DNA of 64,000 nucleotides, taken from Solirubrobacteraceae bacterium. GTDB taxonomy: Bacteria; Actinomycetota; Thermoleophilia; Solirubrobacterales; Solirubrobacteraceae. How positions within the stretch are numbered: position 1 is the stretch's first letter; each line of letters starts with the position of its first letter. Shown in pieces: positions 17,143-27,074 of this stretch. The translations under genes and the position numbers were made by a program. The DNA lies in contig DATCDV010000004.1 of the NCBI GenBank assembly GCA_036510495.1, positions 128,872 through 192,871 on the forward strand. Reading direction: 5' to 3'. The notes under the pieces were generated by a model. That model saw only the letters and a list, made by a program, of their open reading frames with translations, made no database searches and was not told the origin of the DNA.

Positions 17143-19743
17143 TCAGCTGTTGACGTGAGCGGACTCATTCGTCGCCTGCGAGCCGCCAGGCTCACCAACC
17201 ATGGCGAGCACCCGCGGAACGTCCCCCTCTCCAATCAACACTTGACGTGGCTTGGATCCCTCATAGCCAGAGATCACGCCGCGGCGCTCGAGCATGTCGA
17301 TCAGGCGGCCGGCGCGCGTGTAGCCAAGGCGCAGGCGTCGTTGCAGCATCGAGGTGGACGCGGTCTGCATTTCCGCCACGAGGCGGATCGCGTCGCTCAG
17401 CAGCGGATCCTCGTCGGGATCGAACTCGTCGTCTGAGCTCTTCTCGGGCTCGGTGGGCTCGACCTCCTCAAGCAGCTCCTCGCGCAGTTCCGGCTCGCCC
17501 TGCTTGCGCCACATGTCGGTCAGCTTCGCAATCTGTGCCTCGTCGATGTAGGCGCCCTGGATGCGCTGCAAGCGCGAGGAGCCGACGGGGCTGAACAGCA
17601 TGTCGCCCTGCCCCAGCAGCGACTCCGCGCCGTTCTGGTCGAGGATCACGCGCGAATCGGTCTGGCTTGAGACCGAGAAGGCGATTCGCGAAGGCACATT
17701 GGCCTTGATCATGCCCGTGATCACGTCCACGCGCGGGCTCTGCGTGGCGAGCACTAGATGGATGCCAACCGCGCGGGCCTTCTGGGCGAGGCGGATGATC
17801 GAGTCCTCCACGTCAGCGGGCGCGACCATCATCAGGTCCGCGAGCTCGTCGATCACGCACAGGATGTAGGGCAGCGGCGCTTCCGAGCGCAGCGCGCGCG
17901 CCTTGTTGAGCTCCACCAGGCTGCGCGTGCGCGCCAGCGACATGATCCCGTAGCGCTGCTCCATCTCGCGCACCAGGTTCTGCAGCGCGTTGGCTGCCAT
18001 GCGCGGGCTCGTGATCACCGGCGTCAGCAGATGCGGGATCGACTCGTAGTGGTTGAGCTCCACTTGCTTTGGGTCCACCAGCACGAGGCGCAGCTCGTGC
18101 GGGGTCGCGCGCAACAGCACGCTGCACAACATCGCGTTGATCGCGCCCGACTTGCCGGCGCCGGTCGTGCCCGCCACGAGCAGATGCGGCATCTTCGCAA
18201 GGTCGGCCCCAATCGCCTTGCCGGCGACGTCCTTGCCGAGCCACACCGTCAGCGGCGACCAGTCCTTCGGCGGCTGTTGGAAGACATCGCCGAGGCGCAC
18301 CATGCGGCGCTTGGCGTTCGGTACCTCCACGCCGACGGCCTGCTTCCCCGGGATCGGAGCCAGGATGCGGATGTCGGTCGCGGCGAGCGCGTAGGCGAGG
18401 TCGTCCTTGAGCTGGGCCACCTTGGCCACCTTGGTGCCCGGTGCGAGTCGCAGCTCATAGCGCGTGATGTGCGGACCGGCAACCGTGCCGATCACCTTCG
18501 CCTGTACGCCGAAGTGCCCGAGCGCCTCGACCAGCGCCGTTGCTGTGCGCTCCTGTCCGGCGGTGTCCGGGCGTGCCTGCTCGGCGGTGGAGCGCGTCAG
18601 GATGCGCTCCGCTCCCGGTAGCTCCCACACGAAATCGGGGTCGTCGGTGACCACGTCGCGCAGGCGACCCTGGGGTGTCAGCAGCGACTCGTCGATCGGC
18701 TCGCCGTCGTCCTCCTGAGCGGCGTCAGGCTCTCCCGAGGCGCGAAGATCGACCGCGGCAAATGAGCCCTCCTCATTTTCTTTGGATATGGGGTCGTTCT
18801 CTTGGTCTGACTCGCTCTGCTCCGCCACATCATCTGGGCCTGCATCCCATGGATCAATCGCGCCGGTGACCGGCGGGTCGCCATCGACAGAAGGCGCCTC
18901 CACGTGCGTGGCGCGCACGATCAGCTCGTCCGGCTCAGGCTCAGGTGGCTTTATCGGCTCGTCCTCGCCGTCGCGCGATCTCGCCCGAGCGCGCTGTGCC
19001 CGCTCGTCCTGAACGGTCTTGGAGGCCCGTTCGAGCGCGCTCGCACGGGCACGCAGCACGCGACTTGTGTCGACCAGCCCATTGCCGGTCGCGCGCAGTA
19101 TCACCGCAAGCGACGCGCCCGTCAGCAGCACTACGCCCACCACCAGCAAGAACACGACCAGGATGTCCACGCCCACGGTCTGCACGAGGCGGTGGGCTAC
19201 CCAATACAGCCCCTGTCCGAGCAGCCCGCCGTGGGACTGCAAGAAGGCCGAGCGCCACTGCTCTGAGGATGGTGCGTGCATGGAAGTGCCGCTGCTCACG
19301 CCCAGCGTTCCCGCGGCAAGCGCGAGCGTGACGGCCGCGAACAGGCACAGACCTCCTGTGCGCAACGGCCTGCGGGTGGGCATCAGTTGAGCGAACAGCA
19401 GCGCGCTGCCGCCGACGACCAGGGCCACAGGGGCCAGCACTCTCGCTTCCCCCACGCACCACCCGAGGGCCGTTGCCAGGCCGTGCCCGACTTGCCCCCC
19501 GTCCCAGTGGCCGTAGAGGACAAAAGCCATGAATACGCCCACCGCTACGAGGCCGAGGCCGAGCACATCACGCTGGCTCTGGCTCAGCACCGGCCACTCC
19601 AGCGAGAAGCCGTCGAGCAGGCCTGCCGATCCACGACCGCGCCCACGTCGCGAGCGCGACCGAGCGCTTGACGTGCTCGACCGTCGCCGAGCTGTCTGCT
19701 TGCGCGCGGGCTGGCGCTTCGGACTCTTGCGGGCGGCTGGCAT
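17143..19743 (-). CDS. ftsK: DNA translocase FtsK/SpoIIIE
   Basis: N-terminal TMs, GTTGAGKS, IDELADLM, ATQSP, gamma domain GYTRAGRLID; start approximate. Confidence 0.96.
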   Translation of the reverse strand: MPAARKSPKRQPARKQTARRRSSTSSARSRSRRGRGRGSAGLLDGFSLEWPVLSQSQRDVLGLGLVAVGVFMAFVLYGHWDGGQVGHGLATALGWCVGEARVLAPVALVVGGSALLFAQLMPTRRPLRTGGLCLFAAVTLALAAGTLGVSSGTSMHAPSSEQWRSAFLQSHGGLLGQGLYWVAHRLVQTVGVDILVVFLLVVGVVLLTGASLAVILRATGNGLVDTSRVLRARASALERASKTVQDERAQRARARSRDGEDEPIKPPEPEPDELIVRATHVEAPSVDGDPPVTGAIDPWDAGPDDVAEQSESDQENDPISKENEEGSFAAVDLRASGEPDAAQEDDGEPIDESLLTPQGRLRDVVTDDPDFVWELPGAERILTRSTAEQARPDTAGQERTATALVEALGHFGVQAKVIGTVAGPHITRYELRLAPGTKVAKVAQLKDDLAYALAATDIRILAPIPGKQAVGVEVPNAKRRMVRLGDVFQQPPKDWSPLTVWLGKDVAGKAIGADLAKMPHLLVAGTTGAGKSGAINAMLCSVLLRATPHELRLVLVDPKQVELNHYESIPHLLTPVITSPRMAANALQNLVREMEQRYGIMSLARTRSLVELNKARALRSEAPLPYILCVIDELADLMMVAPADVEDSIIRLAQKARAVGIHLVLATQSPRVDVITGMIKANVPSRIAFSVSSQTDSRVILDQNGAESLLGQGDMLFSPVGSSRLQRIQGAYIDEAQIAKLTDMWRKQGEPELREELLEEVEPTEPEKSSDDEFDPDEDPLLSDAIRLVAEMQTASTSMLQRRLRLGYTRAGRLIDMLERRGVISGYEGSKPRQVLIGEGDVPRVLAMVGEPGGSQATNESAHVNS

Positions 19744-19897
19744 CAAGCCAGGCTTCGACACGCGGCGCCGCGCACCTGCTTGCGAACCCGTGAGAAGCTG
19801 TCGTGCGAGGGGCTCCTTTGGGGTTCTGGATGCGCGCGAAGCCCCCGCTGCACGCACTCTGGCCTTACTATCGCTTTAGTGCACAGCGATACACACA

Positions 19898-20593
19898 GTG
19901 GTTGAGATGAACGAATTCACCCGTGCCCCCCGCGTGCTGGTCGTCGAGGACGACGAGGACATCGCCCAGGCGCTGCAGCGCTCGTTGCGCATGGAGGGCT
20001 ATGAGGTGCGCGCGGCCGCCGACGGCAACGCCGCTCTGGAGCATGGGCGCACGTTCGCCCCCGACCTTGTGATCCTCGATCTCGGCTTGCCCGAGCTCGA
20101 CGGGATCGAGGTGGCACGCCGCCTGCGCGGGGACGACGACGTCCCGATCCTGATCCTCACTGCCAGAGACGCTTTGGAGTCTCGCGTGGAGGGACTTGAC
20201 GCAGGCGCCGACGACTACCTCGTCAAGCCATTCGAGCGTCAAGAGCTGCTTGCGCGCATGCGCGCATTGCTGCGCCGCCGCCCTCCGCGCGGTTCGGCTC
20301 CGCTGCGCGTCGGCGACCTCTCTTTGAACGTCGACACGCACGAAATCAGTCGCGGCGAGCGCCCAATCGAGCTCACTCAACGTGAGTTCGAGCTGCTCGA
20401 GTACCTGATGCGCAACGAGCGCATCGTCATCTCCCGCCAGCGCCTGCTCGACGAGGTGTGGGGCTATGACCCCTTCTCCACCACCAACACGATCGAGGTG
20501 TTCGTCTCCAACCTGCGCCGCAAGCTCGAGGCCGAGGGCGAGCCGCGCCTCTTGCATACCATCCGCGGAGCCGGCTACGTCCTCCGAGCCTGA
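19898..20593 (+). CDS. OmpR/MprA-like response regulator
   Basis: VLVVEDD, DLVILDLGLP, GADDYLVKPF, winged helix TIRGAGY. Confidence 0.95.
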   Translation: MVEMNEFTRAPRVLVVEDDEDIAQALQRSLRMEGYEVRAAADGNAALEHGRTFAPDLVILDLGLPELDGIEVARRLRGDDDVPILILTARDALESRVEGLDAGADDYLVKPFERQELLARMRALLRRRPPRGSAPLRVGDLSLNVDTHEISRGERPIELTQREFELLEYLMRNERIVISRQRLLDEVWGYDPFSTTNTIEVFVSNLRRKLEAEGEPRLLHTIRGAGYVLRA

Positions 20594-20623
20594 CCGGCCC
20601 CTGACGCGGCGCGGGATCACCAC

Positions 20624-22192
20624 GTGCCGTCTTGGATGTACTACCAGTACGTCCTGCGATGCCCCGCGGCGCCCAGCTTGGTCATGAGACCGTCAGGATC
20701 GCTCAATAAGCTCGTCGAGCGCGTCTCGGTTGCGTTCGATCGCCTGCCGATACGCACGCGCCTCGCTGGCGTCTCCGCGCTGCTGACGTTCACGATCCTG
20801 TGTGCCTTCGCGCTCGTCGTCGGCTCGCTCACGGTCCACCGCATCCGCTCCAATTTCAATCGTGAAGTGACAGCCGACACGGCGAACTTCGCGAGCTTCC
20901 TGCAGGTGAGCGTTACCGGCAACGAGGCCGAAGGCTTCACGTTGCACGTCGTCAACCCGCCCAACCTCAACCGCTTCGCGAGCTCCGCGCACGCGGCGAT
21001 TCGCATTCTCAGTATCAGCGGCGGGGTGCTCACCTCCAGCGCCGGTGCACCCAACTTCGGTGGCGCCAATGAAACCAACACCGACGGCTATCGCGTGGAT
21101 ACGCGACTGGTTCGACTCGACGCTTCGGTCGGAGGGGAAATCGTCGTTCAGTACGGCCGACGCCTGTCGGACGTTGAGGGCACGGTTGCGCGCGTCGAGC
21201 TGCTGCTCGTCCTTGGTGTACTTGCCGGTACCGGTCTCGCACTGCTCGCGGGCGTGGCGATCGCGCGACGCGCCATGGCTCCGATAGCAGAGCTCACTAG
21301 AACCGCCGAGCAGATCGCGCGCACCCGTGACCCCAGCCGCAGCGTGCCCGAGCCGCTTGCCGACGACGAGGTGGCGGAGCTGGCGCGCACGCTCGGCGGC
21401 ATGTTGCGCGAGCTTGACAGCGCCCACGCGGAGACCGAAGCCACCCTTGCCCGCCAACGGCAGTTCGTCGCGGATGCCTCGCACGAGCTGCGCACGCCAT
21501 TGACGAGCGTGCTTGCCAACCTCGAGCTGCTAGCCGAGTCGTTGCAGGGCGAAGAGGCCGACGCGGCGCGCTCTGCCCTGCGCTCCTCCCAACGGATGCG
21601 CCGTCTCGTCGCCGATCTGCTGCTACTTGCGCGCACCGACGTCGGACGCGTCGTGCGCCGCGAGCCGTGCGACCTGGCACAGATCGTGGTCGAGGCCGCG
21701 GCCGAGCTAGGGCCCGTCAGCGCCGAGCACGACATCTCCCTCGACATCGGACGGACGGGACCGGTTCTTGTCGAGGCCTCGCGCGACGAGCTGCATCGCC
21801 TAGCCCTCAACCTGATCGAGAACGCGCTGCGTCACACTCCGCCCGGCACCGAGATCCGTATATCGACAGCGACCGAGGGGGCCGGCGGCGCTCGTTTGCC
21901 CGCCGGCGAGGCACGTCTAATCATCGAAGACGATGGCCCGGGTGTCCCCGAGCGCCTCTCCGCGACGCTGTTCGAGCGCTTCGTCCGCGGCGCCGGCGAC
22001 CGCGGCGGCTCCTTTGGCCTGGGTCTCGCCATCGTGCGCGCCGTCGCCGAATCCCACGGCGGTAGCGTCTCGGTAGAGCAGACGCACCCCGGGGCCGAGC
22101 GTCCGGGAGCGCGCTTCGTCGTGAGGCTCCCGGGGATCCCGGCAAGCACCGAAGGATCGTCCGCGAGCGAGAGCGCCAAGATCGAGGCCTAG
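20624..22192 (+). CDS. HAMP-domain sensor histidine kinase
   Basis: Two TMs, FVADASHELRTPLT H-box, NLIENA, DDGPG, GLGLAIV; start uncertain. Confidence 0.95.
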   Translation: MPSWMYYQYVLRCPAAPSLVMRPSGSLNKLVERVSVAFDRLPIRTRLAGVSALLTFTILCAFALVVGSLTVHRIRSNFNREVTADTANFASFLQVSVTGNEAEGFTLHVVNPPNLNRFASSAHAAIRILSISGGVLTSSAGAPNFGGANETNTDGYRVDTRLVRLDASVGGEIVVQYGRRLSDVEGTVARVELLLVLGVLAGTGLALLAGVAIARRAMAPIAELTRTAEQIARTRDPSRSVPEPLADDEVAELARTLGGMLRELDSAHAETEATLARQRQFVADASHELRTPLTSVLANLELLAESLQGEEADAARSALRSSQRMRRLVADLLLLARTDVGRVVRREPCDLAQIVVEAAAELGPVSAEHDISLDIGRTGPVLVEASRDELHRLALNLIENALRHTPPGTEIRISTATEGAGGARLPAGEARLIIEDDGPGVPERLSATLFERFVRGAGDRGGSFGLGLAIVRAVAESHGGSVSVEQTHPGAERPGARFVVRLPGIPASTEGSSASESAKIEA

Positions 22193-22292
22193 GCTGGGCT
22201 GTGAGGTCCGCAACGGCGTCCGCCGCGGTTTGCCGGCCGCGCCGTCACAGATAAGAGAGCTAGATGTAGTTCCTAGCTACGTTGGACTACAG

Positions 22293-23957
22293 CTAGACCT
22301 CGACCACGACGGGAAGCACCATCGGGCGGCGCCTCAAGCGGTCATAGACCAGTTTCGCCAGGTCGTCGTGGAGCATCTGCTGCAGCAGGTCCACCTCGCG
22401 GATTTGCTCCTTGGCGGCGCGCGCGAGCGTTCCGTCGACGGTGGAGCGGATCTCCTCAAACAGCTTGCCGGCCTCCTCGGTGAACGGCACGCCCCGGAAG
22501 ATCACCTCCGGGTCGGCCACAGAGCGCCCGTCCTGCTCGGCGATCGTGACCACCACGATGAAGATGCCATCAGCGGAGAGCATGCGCCGGTCGCGCAGCG
22601 CCACGTCGGCCATGTCGCCGATCTCAACGCCGTCGACGAACACCATCCCGGATTGCTCGTGCTCTTTGAAGCGCGCGCCCCGCTCGTCGATGTCAAGCGG
22701 CAGCCCATTCTCGCCTTGGAAGATGTCGTCCGGCTCGATGCCCACGGCTTCGGCGAGCTGGGTGTGCAGGCGCAGGCGCTTGAAGTCGCCGTGAAACGGC
22801 ATCACGTAGCGCGGTTTTGTCAGGTTGAGCATCAACTTGACCTCCTCGGCATAGCCGTGTCCCGAGGCGTGCACGGGAGCGTCGCGCGCGGTCACCACGT
22901 TGCAGCCGATGTGGTAAAGCCGGTCGATCGTCTCATTGACCGCGCGCTCGTTGCCGGGCACGGGAGTCGCCGAGAACACGACCGTGTCGCCGTGGCGCAG
23001 CTTTACCTGTGGATGATCGCGATAGGCCATGCGCCGCAGCGCCGACAGTGGCTCGCCCTGGGAGCCGGTCGAGATGATCACGATCCGCTCGTCGGGGAAG
23101 TCTTCGATCTCGCGCGTGCCCACGAGGATGCCCTCGGGTACCTCGACGTGGCCGAGCGTGCGCCCGATGCCGACGTTCTTGCGCATCGAGCGACCCACCA
23201 GCGCCACCTTGCGCCCGAGCGCCGCCGCGGCGTCGATTACCTGTTGCACGCGGTGGATGTTCGAGGCGAAGCTCGTCACGATGATGCGCCCCTCACAGCG
23301 CGCGAACGCCTCCTCCAGGTGTGGGCCCACCAGCGACTCCGATGGTGAGAAGCCCTCGCGGTCCACGTTCGTGGAGTCCCCGCACAGCAGCAGCACGCCC
23401 TCGCGGCCCAGTTCCGCCAAGCGCGACACGTCCGCGGGCCGACCGTCAACGGGAGTCTGGTCGAACTTGTAGTCGCCGGTGATCAGCACCGTGCCGAGAT
23501 CGGTGCCGAGCGCCACGGCGCTCGAGTCGGGGATCGAATGGGTCATGTGGATCATCTCGAGTGAGAACGGACCCAGGTCGAGCATCTCGCCGGGAGCGAC
23601 GTCGCACAGCTCCACGTCGCGCAGCTTGTGCTCCTCGAGCTTGGAGCGCGCCATCGCGATCGTCAGCGGCCCGCCATATACGGGCGGCACGTTCTGCTGG
23701 CCGAGCTCGCGCACCACCCACGGCAGCGCGCCGAGGTGGTCCTCGTGGCCGTGGGTCACGACGATCGCCTCGATCTCGCGCGCCCGCTCGCGTAGGTAGG
23801 TGAAGTCTGGCAGCACGAGGTCGATACCGACCATCTCCGGCGTCGGGAAGCGCAGGCCGACGTCCACCACGACGATCCGCCCGTCGTACTCAAGGACGGT
23901 CATGTTCTTGCCTATCTCCCCCAGGCCGCCGAGGGGCAGGACACGCAACTGGCTCAT
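22293..23957 (-). CDS. rnj: Ribonuclease J
   Basis: LPLGGLGEIGKN, THGHEDHLGA, STGSQGEP, HASGH. Confidence 0.97.
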   Translation of the reverse strand: MSQLRVLPLGGLGEIGKNMTVLEYDGRIVVVDVGLRFPTPEMVGIDLVLPDFTYLRERAREIEAIVVTHGHEDHLGALPWVVRELGQQNVPPVYGGPLTIAMARSKLEEHKLRDVELCDVAPGEMLDLGPFSLEMIHMTHSIPDSSAVALGTDLGTVLITGDYKFDQTPVDGRPADVSRLAELGREGVLLLCGDSTNVDREGFSPSESLVGPHLEEAFARCEGRIIVTSFASNIHRVQQVIDAAAALGRKVALVGRSMRKNVGIGRTLGHVEVPEGILVGTREIEDFPDERIVIISTGSQGEPLSALRRMAYRDHPQVKLRHGDTVVFSATPVPGNERAVNETIDRLYHIGCNVVTARDAPVHASGHGYAEEVKLMLNLTKPRYVMPFHGDFKRLRLHTQLAEAVGIEPDDIFQGENGLPLDIDERGARFKEHEQSGMVFVDGVEIGDMADVALRDRRMLSADGIFIVVVTIAEQDGRSVADPEVIFRGVPFTEEAGKLFEEIRSTVDGTLARAAKEQIREVDLLQQMLHDDLAKLVYDRLRRRPMVLPVVVEV

Positions 23958-23994
23958 TCCGCGGACTCCCCGAGGAGCAGGGCTGCTAGAACGC

Positions 23995-24867
23995 TCACGC
24001 GCGCGCCGGGGTGGGTGACGTCGGCAGGAGACCGTGGCGCGCGAGCACCGCTCGCACCGCCTCAAGCTCCTCCTCATCGGCCTCGATCAGCGGCAGGCGC
24101 AGACCACCGACTTTGTGGCCGAGCAGATTGAGCGCCGCCTTGGTGCAGGTCGGGCTTGCGGTCATGAACAGGGTCGCGTACACGTCCTGCAAGCTCGCGT
24201 CGATCTCAGCGCGATGCTCTGGCTCATCAACGATGCGGCGCATCTCATCGCCGACGATGTGGCTTGCCACGAGGATGCCGCCGGCGCCGCCGATGTCGAG
24301 CGTGCGCGCGAACGTGGAGTCGTCGCCGGAATACAGGTCGAGCCCGTCGATCAACTGCAGCTCGGCTTCGTTTGCCTGCTTGACGGCGCTCACGTGCTCG
24401 ATCTGGGCGAGTCGCGCGAGCAGCTCGGGGCCGATGTTGACGGCCGTGCGACCCGGGATGTTGTAGAGCAAGATCGGCCTGTCCGTGGCCTTGGCGACCT
24501 CTTCGTAGTGGCGTACGATCCCGCGCGGGCTCGGCTTGTTGTAGTAGGGAGTCACGCTCAGCGTCGCGTCGACGCCAAGCTCGTTCGCGACCTCGGTCAG
24601 ATGTATGGCGTGCTTCGTGTCGTTGGAGCCGGTGCCGCCGACGATGGTCGTGCCCCGCGGGCGCTCGCGCACAGCCAGGCCGATCAAGCCCAGGTGTTCC
24701 TCATCGGTGAGCGTGGCCGCCTCGCCCGTGGTGCCACACACCACGAAGCCGTCCGAGCCGTGCTCGGCAAGGTGGTGCATCAGCGCGACGAACGACTCCT
24801 CGTCAACGCGGCCCTGCTCGTCGAAGGGCGTAACGATTGCTGTGAGAATCGTGCCGAGGGAGCTCAT
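23995..24867 (-). CDS. dapA: 4-hydroxy-tetrahydrodipicolinate synthase
   Basis: GTTGEA, VTPYYNKP, LYNIPGRT, AVKQA. Confidence 0.96.
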   Translation of the reverse strand: MSSLGTILTAIVTPFDEQGRVDEESFVALMHHLAEHGSDGFVVCGTTGEAATLTDEEHLGLIGLAVRERPRGTTIVGGTGSNDTKHAIHLTEVANELGVDATLSVTPYYNKPSPRGIVRHYEEVAKATDRPILLYNIPGRTAVNIGPELLARLAQIEHVSAVKQANEAELQLIDGLDLYSGDDSTFARTLDIGGAGGILVASHIVGDEMRRIVDEPEHRAEIDASLQDVYATLFMTASPTCTKAALNLLGHKVGGLRLPLIEADEEELEAVRAVLARHGLLPTSPTPARA

Positions 24868-24963
24868 CGTGTGCAGTATTCCACGCTCATCGGCCGGCGA
24901 CGGCGGTAGGACGCGATCCCCGCGACGGTGCGACTCGTGCGTATGGCGCTGCGATGCCGTCGC

Positions 24964-25710
24964 TCATGAATCTTCGAAGAGGATGTGCTCGAGCCCGACG
25001 ACGGGGGAGCTCTCAAGTGTTCGGACACCCCGAATAGCCAGTAGCACGCCGGGCATGAACGACTCGCGACCGGTGGTGTCATGACGGATCGTGAGCGTTT
25101 GGCTGAGGTCGCCGAGGATGACCTCCTGGTTGGCCACGATCCCCGGCAGGCGCACCGAATGGATCGGCGGCGGCTCGCCGCCGGAGGCCTCTGCCATCAA
25201 CTGTGCCGTGCGGGCCGCCGTGCCGCTGGGCGCGTCGAGCTTGCGGTCGTGGTGCAGCTCGATGATCTCGGCCTTGGCCATGTGCCTTGCGGCCTCGGCC
25301 GCGAAGCGCATCATCAGGACCGCGCCGATCGCGAAGTTGGGCGCTACGAGCACATTTGCCGGCTGCTCTGTGGGTGTTCGATTCGGCTCTTCCCCCGCGC
25401 GCGCGGGAGGCATCGCGCTTTTTTGCAGTGTCCGCAGGCCCTCGGTCAGAGCATCCAGATCGAAGCCGGTGGTGCCGATCACCACGTGCGCCCCTGCTTG
25501 CACACACTGCAGCGCGTTCTCCAGCGCCGTGTCAGGCTGTGTGAAGTCGACCACCACCTCTGGAGCGGACTGCTCGAGCATCTGCGCGAGCGTGGCCTCC
25601 AGCAGCGGATCGGCGCGTCCGACCAGATCCATGTCGCTTGCTCCTTCGACGGCGGCGCAGACCGTCTGGCCCATTCGTCCAGCCGCGCCCGCGACGCCGA
25701 CTCGGATCAC
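24964..25710 (-). CDS. dapB: 4-hydroxy-tetrahydrodipicolinate reductase
   Basis: GAAGRMG, VIGTTG, APNFAIG, ELHHDRKLDAPSGTA; GTG start. Confidence 0.96.
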   Translation of the reverse strand: MIRVGVAGAAGRMGQTVCAAVEGASDMDLVGRADPLLEATLAQMLEQSAPEVVVDFTQPDTALENALQCVQAGAHVVIGTTGFDLDALTEGLRTLQKSAMPPARAGEEPNRTPTEQPANVLVAPNFAIGAVLMMRFAAEAARHMAKAEIIELHHDRKLDAPSGTAARTAQLMAEASGGEPPPIHSVRLPGIVANQEVILGDLSQTLTIRHDTTGRESFMPGVLLAIRGVRTLESSPVVGLEHILFEDS

Positions 25711-25774
25711 AACCTCGCCCCCGTGCCGATCGCGATGCCGCCACCTTGCGAGCGGACAAGCAAGCCAAGGCGCA

Positions 25775-27055
25775 TCACGACGCGACTGCCTCGAGCGGGG
25801 CGAGCGCCTTTTGGAAGACACTCTCCTCGGTCCCGACGCCTGCCACCGAAAGTCGCTCGCCGGCAAACAGCTCGATGGCCAGCTCGTGCAGGTCGCTCGC
25901 CTTGACGGCGTCGATGCGCTCGATGATCTCGTCCACGGAGAGGATCGGCAAGTCGCTGAGCACCGAGGACCCCAGCCGGTTCATACGTGCGGCGGTCGAC
26001 TCCAGCGCGAGCACGATGCGTCCCTTGACGTTCTCGCGTGAACGCGTCAGCTCCTCCTCGCTGACGGGCTCCGCCACGAAGCGCTCGAGCTCGCCGGCGA
26101 TCGTGGCGATGGCCTCGCTGAGATTGTCCGGACGGGTCCCCACGTACAGACCCACCTCGCCGGTGTGGGCGTGCAGATTTGAGAAAGAGAACACCGAGTA
26201 GGCGAGGCCCCGCTTCTCGCGCACCTCCTGGAACAGTCGCGAGGAGGATGTGCCGCCGAGTACCCCTTCGAGCACGCGCAGCGCGAAGCGACGCTCGTCG
26301 TGGCGGGAGATGCCCTGGCCGCCGAGGCACACGTGGTACTGCTCGGTGTCCTTGCGCAGAAATCTCACTCGCCGCTGGAAGCTCGGCGTCTCCATGGGAG
26401 ACCCGATCGCCGAACCGTTTTGACTTGTCGTGCTTGATGGGACCGCCTGATTGACCATGCTCGCCAGCTCGTCATGGTCGACCGAGCCCGCCGCGGCAAC
26501 GACGATGCTCTGTGGCAGGTAGCGCTCGCCGTGGAAAGCGTGCAAACCGTCGAGCTCGGCTGCCCGCACCACCTCGGCGCGTCCGATCACGGCGCGTCCG
26601 AGCGGGTGATCGCCGAAAACGGCCTCTCCGAGCACGTCGAACACCCTGTCCTGGGGATCGTCTTCGTACATAGCGATCTCCTCGAGCACCACCTCGCGCT
26701 CGGCCGTGAGCTCTTCGAAGCGGGGATGCCACACCATCTCCCCCATCACATGTAGCGCACGCTCCAGATGGCGGTCGAGCACGCGCGTGAACAACGAAGT
26801 GGTTTCCCGGTCGGTGCCCGCGTTGATCTCCGCGCCCATCGCGTCGAAGATCTGATCGATCTCCTCCGAGCGATAGCTGTCGGTCCCGCGGAAGAGCATG
26901 TGCTCGAGCAGGTGGGAGAGGCCCGCCTGCTCATGTGACTCCATCGCCGAGCCGGTGGCGATCCAGAAGCCGAGTGCCACCGAGCGCACGTTCTCCATGC
27001 GCTCGGTGATCACTCGCACGCCGCTATCCAGCGTGGTTATTCGATGGGGTGTCAA
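25775..27055 (-). CDS. M16 family zinc peptidase
   Basis: HLLEHMLF (HxxEH); typical pnp-M16-dapB synteny; TTG start inferred. Confidence 0.93.
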   Translation of the reverse strand: MTPHRITTLDSGVRVITERMENVRSVALGFWIATGSAMESHEQAGLSHLLEHMLFRGTDSYRSEEIDQIFDAMGAEINAGTDRETTSLFTRVLDRHLERALHVMGEMVWHPRFEELTAEREVVLEEIAMYEDDPQDRVFDVLGEAVFGDHPLGRAVIGRAEVVRAAELDGLHAFHGERYLPQSIVVAAAGSVDHDELASMVNQAVPSSTTSQNGSAIGSPMETPSFQRRVRFLRKDTEQYHVCLGGQGISRHDERRFALRVLEGVLGGTSSSRLFQEVREKRGLAYSVFSFSNLHAHTGEVGLYVGTRPDNLSEAIATIAGELERFVAEPVSEEELTRSRENVKGRIVLALESTAARMNRLGSSVLSDLPILSVDEIIERIDAVKASDLHELAIELFAGERLSVAGVGTEESVFQKALAPLEAVAS

Positions 27056-27074
27056 CCCCTTGGGGCCTATGGCC